Shown piece after piece: positions 13,001 through 23,800 of a DNA stretch of 64,000 nt. The notes under the pieces were generated by a model. That model searched no databases. It saw nothing but the letters and a program-made list of their open reading frames with translations, and was not told where the DNA came from. Source of the stretch: Azolla caroliniana (lineage: Eukaryota > Plantae > Polypodiophyta); contig JBHGNT010000001.1 in NCBI GenBank assembly GCA_043228905.1, forward strand, positions 33,728,001 to 33,792,000, in the 5' to 3' direction. The translations under genes and the position numbers were made by a program. The stretch's first letter is position 1, and each line of letters begins with the position of its first letter.

Positions 13001-13994
13001 TTTGTTCAACAAATTACAAAACAAAAATATGGTGACATGGAGTGCTTTATTGGCAGGGTATGCACATAATGGTGATTACCCCTCAGCTAAGAAATGTTTT
13101 GAAGCGATGCAACAAGCAGGCTTCTATCCTGATGATGTTGCATTTCTCAGCCTTTTTTCAGCCTGCAGCCATGATGTAGACTCTCCGGTTAATGTGGGTT
13201 GTATGCATTTTAAGTCAATGAGAGATGACTATGGTATTAAGCCTAAGGTCGAGCACTACAACTCGATGCTTGAACTTTTCGGCAATGCTGGATTGATAAA
13301 TCAAGCTGAAGATTTACTTGAAACCATCCCCTGTAGTAGAAATACTATAGGATGGACATCACTACTGAATTCCTGTAAAGTACGTGCATCATTGCTATCA
13401 AAATCATGTGAAGTCGACACAAGTGCTTTAGACGTTGGAAAGAGGTGCTTTGACCATATTGTAAATTTGGATGTGGCAAATGCTGCTGGATATGTACTGA
13501 TGTCTAGCATATATGCCAAAGCTGGCATGTTGGAGGATGCCAAGAGAGTGCAAGAGCTAAGAAAGCATGTAAATGGGTGGAAAAAACCAGCTAAGTCATA
13601 CATCGAAATTGATTCTGAAGTCCACAGTTTTTTTGTTGGAGATAAAGTGCATCCAAGAAGCTCTGACATATATGCAAAGCTTAAGAGTTTGAACAAGCAA
13701 ATGAAGTATGAAGGATATCAGCCATGCGTTGACTTGATATTTGGGTCTGATTCTGATGAAGACAAAGTAACAGCTTTATGTGGACATTCAGAGAAGCTAG
13801 CTATAGCATTTGGACTTCTTAGCTCTCCGCAGGGGTCTACTATCCGAGTGTCAAAAAACCTTAGAATGTGTGCAGATTGCCACACAGCAGCAAAACTGAT
13901 ATCAAAGATCGAAATGAGGGAGATAATCATCACTGACACGTATTGTGTACATCGATTCCTCGGTGGGCAATGCTCTTGTAAATTCAGCTATTGA
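10016..13994 (+). CDS. PLS-class PPR protein with E1/E2 and DYW:KP-type deaminase domain (organellar RNA-editing factor)
   Basis: Main ORF 11004-13994 (996 aa) parses into 23 P/L/S motifs, E1, E2 and a DYW-family domain with HSE-x25-CADC. Two upstream in-frame exons are plausible (10016-10528, 10798-10871, spliced to acceptor before 10961). The 5' extension is less certain than the main ORF. Confidence 0.92.
13581..13994 (+). other. DYW:KP-type cytidine-deaminase-like domain
   Basis: KKPAKSYIEID...LCGHSEKLAIAFG...KNLRMCADCH...SKIEMREII..D...VHRF.GG.CSCKFSY; both zinc-site ligand sets are present; no PG box and no terminal DYW tripeptide. Confidence 0.8.
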
Positions 13995-16900
13995 GTCTGT
14001 GCCTTCGACAATTTTTCCTTCTCTTAAAGAGGGTGTTGATATTTTAGGTAACCAAAGGGAGTAGGACCCCTGACCTAGGGTTTGTCTTCCAGGAAACCGT
14101 GTGCATTCTTGTATTTAAAGCATCGTCCATGTATGAGCTCCACCAAACGTATTGTGCAACGAAGGTAAGATATGAAGGGTAAGGTAAAATATTGGTTTGT
14201 GAACCTTATTTAAATGCCTTTTGAAGAACCATGGCATGGCAATCTTCAAAATTCAGGCATGTAACCCTTTCCATTCCAAAAAGCAGATGGAAAGCATAGG
14301 CTATGAACTGTCAAATCGATGTCACTGTGGACTACTATCATCATGCTAATCAAAGCACTCTCTTATACGTAATATGGGGCATAGTGTAGTTGTTTTGGTT
14401 ACAACCACAGATAAGAGTCTAAGTCATGTTAAAAAATTTACCATAGAGGAGGATATGTTCCTAGAACCCAAATTTGATTCCTTTGAATATATGTATATAT
14501 ATGAATGCATGGAATTTTGGATCCTCTTTATAAGAATTTGTCTGTTTTCTTTTTCTTTGTGTTCTTTTCTTATGTGGGCTTTTCAAATGTCAATTGCAAT
14601 TAGCATTTAATAAATCGTAGTTAACGTAGCATGAGTTTGTCCCAACTTGGTACATTTAGTATCTCAAATATCTTGACATAGCTTTATGAGATGGGTCTAG
14701 TTTGAGGGTATACATGAGATCTTCCTACACATATTAGAAAAATAATTTTGTTTCCTTTAATGCATCCATACATTATAGAGTACCATTCTATAATGATATG
14801 AAACCTTATTTATTTGTATAGGTGGAAAGGCACACCAACATCGACTAAAAAGGCTCCGCATCTAACAATTATTGATAACATGGAACTAAAACTTAAACAT
14901 GCTTGATATGATGGATCATAGGGTTCCATACATCCTTCTTGATTGATGATAACGTATCTACAATGTATGAAAACATAAATTGTCGCAATGGTAAGCCTTT
15001 GGAAATGTAAACTCTAAAAAGAATGTGGTTTTTAGTACGCCAATTGATGTACACACTAGAAGGACTAATTGGACGAGCCTAGTGTGAACTTGGAAGGTTG
15101 TTGGTCTTCTTTAATTTGTGGTAGAGATTTCTTAGTCCTCAAATATCAAATATGACCTATGGAACCAAAAGTGAATCTTATACACATAACGTGTGGAATT
15201 GAGTCGTGACACTTAATGTTCAATAGTTTTACTCTAAATGGTTGGCAAGTTGAGAGTACGCATTGTGATTGATTGAGGAAAATATATAGGAATATGAGAC
15301 AAAAAATATAAATACTTCACGTAATACAACTGAAAATGAGTAGGGACTCTCAATGTTCAACACAATTACTAATCAATGTTGCTATTCAGAGTGCACATTG
15401 TGATAGTGAGAGAAATTTGTTTAAATTGAGTTTGGTTGAAGATGCATTGAAAGCATAGTTGAAAGTGATTGAAGGAGCATTGTGTCAACCTGTGATAAAC
15501 TCTTGAACTTGTTTCGGGCAAAATGTACATAATTAACTAGTCTCATGACTTGGGCCCTATCTTTTATCTCACATCAAAGCGAATGTGAATTGATGTATGG
15601 AAGTAATGGTGGCAAGCGGGATGGGCTCTAAGATGCATTGGTGGGTGGGGGTTCATTAATTTGTATGGAAGCAATGGTTTGGATGGGCTCTATCATGTAT
15701 CAATGCATGTGGTTTCCCTGTTTGGTGAAAAATATAGTCTTGTGGTTAGGTGCAACATACATAGTATAATGTGTGAAGCATGAGCCTCCACTTTTTTCCC
15801 ATGTCATGATCCATTGGTGTTGCAAAAATGCCTCGTTCATATATGAATTTATTGATAAATCATGAAACAAGTATGTTGAATCCATATTCCAAACTATTTT
15901 CTCACATCTTGCATCCACTTGGAACACAAAATCTTGTTTTTATGAGTATTTGGTAATTTTGCTTACTTCCCATGCAATTCTGAGAAGTTGATGCAAGGCG
16001 GTTTTTTGAATGTTAAGCAACAACCACCCTTTCCATGGCCATTATCTCAATAGAATGTAAATAGCAAATAAACTTACCTCCATACTATTGAGGCAAATTT
16101 GACAACAGAGACGTGATCAATGTGATAGTAACAAAACCCCAAGGCTACAAAGGCGATGGATATTGAGGCACATATGGCAACAACAAAGACTGCAACAACT
16201 AATAACTTTGTTCTAGTACCAATTGCCATGATGGTTTAGTCATAAACACAAACACGCACGCACGCACGCACTCACTCTCTCTCTCTCAAAGAATAGAAGT
16301 GATGTGTCATGAAGGAACAATAAGAAGAATATAATGAAGTAAGAAAAGAGAGATCTTGTGTCCTCAAGTTTATCTTCCTAGCCTTGGGGTGTGCCTTTAC
16401 ATATTAGCCCCATGTACATGGGTTTGATACATATGTCCACCCCCTTGCCCACCCAACCTTAGTGTTGAATGTTGACACCCACGTCACATGATATCATTGG
16501 AAGCTTAGAATGGTCCCATGACACTTATGGTCATGACAATATGTCTTTAGAGAAGGAAAATACATGTAAATGTACATAAGAACATGGACATTATAGACCG
16601 TTCACTAATAATTATACATCAACTTATTATGATCAACATAAATTATAGAACTAGGATAAGGGGCCCTCAACAAAAATAAGTAAACCTTTCAACATGTCAA
16701 TATATCGATTTGTAATTATGATCGACGTAAAGTTATTTATCATAAACTTACAATAGGAGCACTTTATGAAATCAAGAAATTCAGCCATAGAACCAGTTTA
16801 TACAATATTCAATAACTTCTTGTCCTTGATGGAGCTTGTCGATTAAACATAGAACATAACATGTAGAGGGAAGGGAAGTTTTTAAGTTACAATTTTTTAG

Positions 16901-17499
16901 CATTATGATGTACCATTTATTGACGCATCTATACATGAATGTAATGTGATAGATATCTTTTTTAATGTCCATAGGAAACTAATTGTGATCAGTAGAAATA
17001 TATTTGGGGACAAAAGCTACATTTTTTGATACTTCTATAAGTTGACTTTCTTTGCTCAACATAACTTATTAAAGCAAAAACTCTGGGCAAATGTCATCAT
17101 CTACAATAAGCAATAAATAGATGATGCCTTTGGAGTTCGGCAAGGTGATGAAGCTTCACTTCAACATCACTTCCATCGATCTATGTCATCATATCAAGAT
17201 AACCAAATGCATCTCTCAACAAGATGTGGGGTTTTTGGATGTGATGATATGAAAGAATGAGGAATTTTACATTTCAAAATTTTGAGTATTAATTGTTTCC
17301 GAAAATAACTTGATCAATACTTACTTACCCTTTATTTTAAAAAACCATCCTAATTGCCAAACTATCCACTTTCATAAGGAGTGAACTTAATCCTCTTTGT
17401 GTTTCCATTAAATGATATTAAAGATTACGAACCTTTTCTTTCGATATTGCATGCTCAAAGATGTCCATCCTTTGTAGATGTTTTGGTAAAGAGATTCTC

Positions 17500-18000
17500 A
17501 ACAAATTATTTAATTATTGCCATAACAAAAACCATAGTTTTCTAGTCTTAAAACAAATGTCCTCCAAAGTACATTAAGAACCTCTCGTTAAGAAAATCGT
17601 TTCTTATGTTACACAATTTTTTTCAAGAGGACCCTTCACCTTCCAAGACCAATGGTTTGTTCTTAAAACCCTAATAATTTGATTATCCTTTTTTGTCCAT
17701 ACACAACTACGAAGATTATAATACATTTTCGTAAATAAGAGTATCACATATTAGACCCCTTTTCGTAGTCTTTATTGGTAAATATCTCTTATAAGAAAGG
17801 ACGCCTCATGTAATATGGTATCATCTAGGCATCATAAATTGCATAGCTTCTATTCTAGATTTTTGATAATCCATATGTTCTAGAAAGATTAATTGTCGTT
17901 ACAGGAACCATCTACCTTACATCATGAACAAGGAACATATGGAAAAAACCTTTATTGGAACTTGTAAATTCAAAATTTTGAGGTTCAATCCATCGATGAA
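17500..18000 (-). mobile_element. Possible highly degenerate LINE ORF1 remnant
   Basis: Minus-strand fragments resembling a KGFF (DUF4283-like) motif near 17950 and a G(H)LEKNC zinc-knuckle end near 17615-17635; many stops and frameshifts. Confidence 0.25.
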
Positions 18001-19407
18001 CTTCTGAGTAAGGGAAACTAGTTTGGAAATTAGCACCTCTCTTCATTTGTTCTATTTGATTAATACAAGTCTTCCAACACTATGTAATTCCTCGTTCATA
18101 CCCATCTTGTTCCTTCCCTCTTTTCTCAAGTGTTCTTATTTCTTTCTTTTTACTCATTCTTTCCTCTAAAACTAAAATATTGCAATTGTAGTCTTATACT
18201 AATTCTATCGCTTCTCCACCTCTCATTCCCCTTTCTCTATCTCCTTTTTCCTTTTTCCCTTTGCCTTTTTCCTTTTACCATTTACCATTTCTCTCTTCTA
18301 CAATGTTGGTTAGTTCCCAAGTCGTGCTCCACTAAAACACCCAACTTTCATGGATTACGTTTATACATTAATCTGTTGTACTTGACATAATTTATTGAGC
18401 AAACAACCTTAGGATAGAAGCTCTTCAATTTAGAAACATAACTTAATCAAATCAAAGATATGGAACATAATCAATTTTTATCAAAACCCTATCAACATGT
18501 ATGGTGCTCAACATAACTCATCAAGAGAAACAACCATCAACTTTTGTATTGCTTATGATTTTATAATACCAGGGTGTATATTTTGTTTATAAAAAAAACA
18601 TAACTCATCAAGAGAAATAACATTGAATAAACTTATCGATTTATATTGCCCTCAACTAAGTGATCGATATGAGATTGAGAATAGAAGCCACTTATTCACC
18701 ACTAGAACAAAAAATTTAGGATAGAATCACTTCATGCTTAAGTGAACTTAAGAGCATAAACAATTGTTAAACATGAACTTAAATAACGTACTAGATGTAA
18801 CTTATTAAATTAGGACAAAACTTCACCAGCTTTTTTTTCAATAAATTTATACAATTGCAAAACAACCCAACTTCCAAATTCAGGAACTTCGGATTGAAGC
18901 TCTTCAAAGAAAGTAAAGAACACATACCTCATCATAGAATATTCACAAGTACATATATATGGTGCATACTATTTTCAGTTATGGAAATGTTGAGCATAAG
19001 TTCCCCGAGGAGATATTGTTTAAAGGAAGCATATAGAACATTGCCAAGTTACTTTTGACGATACATCAACTCAATTTGCTCAAGAAATAACCTATCATTG
19101 AATAAAATGACATATTATAGAATATCCTATGATATAAAAGCTCATATCTCAAAGGGCATAGACTATTCGTCGAGTATTGTTTGTCTCATACATATATCGA
19201 ACGTATCATGCTCAACAAGACATATATATCAGGTGAGAAACGTTGGATTCAAAAGGACGTCAAGTTAAACTACAGCTTCAGGTATAGAGCAAAACTACAT
19301 GGCATTTGATGATATCAGTTCTGAACAAAGTGTACATAATCAATACAAAGAGGCATTTCCGAGGAAAGAAAGGCTTTCGATCGATGCATCAGCATAGACA
19401 AAGTATT

Positions 19408-19546
19408 GAGCCGGAAATGCTCTCCGGAGACGGGAAGCTTTTACTTGGTGTGGTGTGAATAGCCTTGAGAGAGAGAGAGAGAGAGATGAGCCGGAAATGC
19501 TCCCCGGAGAAGGAAAGCTTTTACTTGGTGTGGGGTGAATAGCCTT

Positions 19547-19600
<54 letters not shown>
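19408..19600. repeat. ~80-bp tandem duplication, each copy ending in a (GA)n tract
   Basis: gagccggaaatgctc...gcttttacttggtgtgg.gtgaatagccttgagaga at 19408 and 19488. Confidence 0.9.
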
Positions 19601-19602
<2 letters not shown>

Positions 19603-20871
19603 ATCGTGAACCCAAAAAGCAAAAAATTCACCATATCTCTTGCAAGAAGAAGACCTCTGTTTTCCTTCTTCCATAGATCGCCCTCTCATCAGGGACAGAG
19701 AAATACGCAGAAGGAGAGAGCCATTTTCAAAGCAACAGAGGGGGCATATAGAAATATAGAGGGGAGGCAGAGGAAATACAGAAGAAGTAACGAAGAAAGA
19801 CAGACACAGATAGAGAAAGGCAAGAGGAGAGATCGAAACCGTAATTGAGGCTTTGGATCCTTCTTTCCGACAATCTCCATCTACAGGTTAAAAAGCTAAC
19901 AATCAATATTTGGCTTCCAAATTAATGGTCCAGCTTCAGATATCTCTCTATGTCTTATAAAAGTAAGATGGGTCTTTGCTTTTCACATTGATTTCTGATG
20001 TCGAATTAGGGTTTTTGATCCATGATTTTGTAGAGTATATGTTCTTGAATACTCCTATCTTGGTACTATTCAGTTGCTTGAAGAGTGCTTTTTCCTGCAA
20101 AACTGCTTTCTTTTGGCAAAATTTGTTCTTTGAAACATATCTTTTTCTTGATGGTCTGGATAAACACACATATGTACGCATACATACACACAAATTCATA
20201 CATATATATGTACTTCTATTTATACAAGTACCCATATGCATGTCTTTAGTATATATATTATTTATGTGCTTTGTGGTTTGATGATGCTTGCGTTTTGCTT
20301 TGATTGAATCATAGTACTCAACCTCATCTATTGTAATGGCTGCTATGTATATATACATACCTATATAGGATTAGAAGGTCGCTTTACATACATATATCGA
20401 AATGCGAACTCCATCATCATGTTTTTTTAATGGATTATTACATGCATGTGTTGTGGATCATTTTCTTAATGGATTATGCATGTGTATATGATTGGTTGAC
20501 CCCTGGTCTAAGTGCAGGTTTGTATCAATTTCAGCTTTTGATCATGTTTTGGCTTCTACTTTTTAACTGGTGTTTGGTTAGAATTATACATACCTAATTT
20601 GTACAAGATCTAACCAATATGGTTAGATCTTGTTCAAATTGTTAGGTATGTGGAATACTAACCATGGCGTGTACTATGTATCTGAATCAGTCTTTGCATG
20701 CAAATGTTAATGCTAATAAAAGGAAAATATACATCATCAGGGCCAGCACAAAGTTCACATCCTATTGCCAAGCTGAGTACAACACCTGCTCCCAAAAGCT
20801 TAACAGCAAATGTGAAGTCCTCCCCACATGCTAACACATCAAGGACATCCACACCATCAGTAATAACTGCC

Positions 20872-23800
20872 ATGATGGGCATGGATAGCGATTCAGATGA
20901 TGAAAAACCACTTGTATTTCGTACTAATGCGTCCCGAGCAAATGCCCAACCGAAAAATGGTGCAGTCCTCACAAAAGCCAATGTTGATGTGCCCAGAAAA
21001 GGAATGGGTAATGTTTCCAAGCAAAGTTCTGTGAAAGGTTCTGATGATTCAGAGGATGAGAAACCTCTAGCTTTGAGGATTGCCAAGTGTCCTGCTCCAG
21101 TTCGTGAAGACAATGCAGCTGATTCAGGTGATTCTGATGATGATAAGCCACTTGTCTTGAAAAGATCCTCTAATGGAGCTGCCTCGAACAAAACACCAGT
21201 GGGGAAGGGGGATATGAGTAATGCCAAAAAAAGACCAGTAGATAACAAACCAAAGGATGAGGCACCCTCCAAGAAGCTCAAACTTTCAAAGTCTCTTTCA
21301 GAACCATCATGTATATCCCGTGTGCCTAAAATGGAACCTTCCGCACCATCAAATTCAAACATGAAACAATCGTCTAAGGCACCATCTCAAGCACCTTCAA
21401 GTGCCATGTCCAAACCATCAAAAACATCATCACAATCACCATCAGGTACCATATCCAAACCATCGAAAACATCATTGCAATCACCATTGGGTGCTGTTTC
21501 CAAACTATCAAAGACCGAACATTCAAAACCTTCATCAAACATAGTATCAAAAACTTCATCAACAATACCATCCAAGGCATCAACAGCAGCCAAACCATCC
21601 ACACCACTGCCTAACGCATCGACAAACACAGCAGTGAAAATGGATATAGATGAAGATGAAGATGATATCCCTCTTGCCCAAAGGATTCCTGTGGTAAAAA
21701 CCATCAAGAAGCCCATTGTCAAACCAATTGTGAAGCCAAGCACAGGTAGTTTGTCTTCCTTGGCTGCAAAGAAGGTTATAGAAGCTAGAAAAGCGAAATT
21801 CAATCAGCTGCAAAAGAAGTTAACACCAAAGAAGAAAGATGGTCGAAGTGATAAAAATGCGCCGGTTGGAGGTGGGGAGCAGAAGTGGACTCACCTTGAA
21901 CATTGTGGAGTTATATTCCCTCCCCCTTACAAGCCCCATGGTATTAAGATGCTTTATGAAGGGAAACCTGTCACCCTCACTCCTGAACAAGAAGAGGTAA
22001 TCTATGATTCTTGTCTGGTGAATTAGTTGATATTGTATCTGTTGGGCAACTAAACACTTGATCTTATATCATAGGTTGCCACAATGTTTGCTGTTATGCG
22101 AGACACAGATTATGCTCAAAAGCAGACATTTTTATCTAATTTCTGGGAGGACTGGAAAAAGATTTTAGGTCCTGATCATGTTATACAGAACCTTGAACAA
22201 TGTGATTTTACGCCCATTTATGAATGGCATCTTATAGAGAAGGAGAAAAAGAAGCAGTTGTCCTCAGAGGTTAACCATGCTTTTTCTCATAATGTCATTT
22301 TTAAACATCTTGCATGGTTTATCATGATCAGAAAGAGAAATTTGTTTATATTCTACAGGAAAAGAAAAGGTTAAAAGAGGAGAAGCTGAAACAGGAGGAA
22401 AAATACATGTGGGCACTTGTGGACGGTGTAAAAGAGAAGGTTCTATTAGAAATGTTACTTTATTGCTATGTGCTCACAATTGCAGAGGAAGGTTACTGAA
22501 TGTGGTCTTGTCATCATATTATATTATAGGTTGGAAATTTCCGTGTGGAGCCACCTGGATTGTTTCGTGGTAGAGGAGAGCATCCAAAGGTCTTAATAAA
22601 TACACTTTATGCAATAATCACATCGTCATATTGCATATTTAGTAATATAAGTATTTTATGCACGGCAAAAACATGAGAAAAACTGGAGCTTACTATCTAT
22701 GGAAAAAGGAACTCAGATCTTTCCTGAATTTATGAGGCATTGTTAAGAAGGGAACTCATTAAAAGATTTTCTGATTTTATTTATTTATCATTTACAGATG
22801 GGAAAATTGAAACGGAGGATATTCCCTGAGGATATTGTCATAAATATTGGAAAGAATGTGCCAATACCTGAATGTCCAATACCTGGTCACAGGTCCAATT
22901 CTTTCAGAAATTGCTACTCATAGATGCCTTTTATTGTCATCTGCATATCTACAATTGGGCAATCAAGTTGTTTACACCATTAAGTGCATGTGGAGTTGTC
23001 TCGTACATAAGATGAGTCTTTTGAAATTTTCTAGATGTGTGAGGTCTTCTAATGCTTTTTTCATTCTTACTTGCATATAGACATGTATATATGCATGCAT
23101 CTACTAGGGCACACACATACACATACATATACACACATATTTGTGTATCTACCAACCTATGTATCTACCTTTCTCTATGCGGTATATAAATACTGATGCT
23201 CAACATGTATACGCATGCATATGCATGTTAACATCGTTATGCATGTATAGTTATTCTACAGTTCGATTCCAGGAAGACAATTATAGGCTGATTCTTATTG
23301 CTAAAACATTTCAGGTGGAAGGAAATCCGGCACGATAATACCGTAACATGGCTTGCATATTGGATTGATCCGATCAATCAAAGAGAGTTCAAGTATGTAT
23401 TCTTGGCTGCAAGCAGCAGCTTGAAGGGCCAAAGCGATAAAGAAAAATATGAGAAAGCTAGAACCTTAAAGGTACAACTGCTGTAGAGAAAGAGCATTTT
23501 CTGTATGTCATAAAAAACTCGTATTTTCTGTTAACTATCAAATGTTCGATCTACTTTTTCAGAATTACATCGAGAATATTCGAAAGACATACACAAAGAA
23601 CTTCACATCATCAGACATGACTAAAAAGCAGATAGCTGTAGCAACATACCTAATTGATCGACTTGCATTAAGAGCAGGGAATGAAAAGGTTTGTGTAACT
23701 TCACAAGTTCACTGTTCTGTGCCTGTTATATTATTGTCCAACTCTTCTGGAATTCTCTTTTTCTTAGACATATGAACCTTGCAGCTTAAAATATGTCATT

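Noticed and set aside
20658-21813. Long antisense ORFs (234 aa, 138 aa) opposite TOP1
   Set aside because: Shadow ORFs of a low-complexity coding exon; no recognisable domain.
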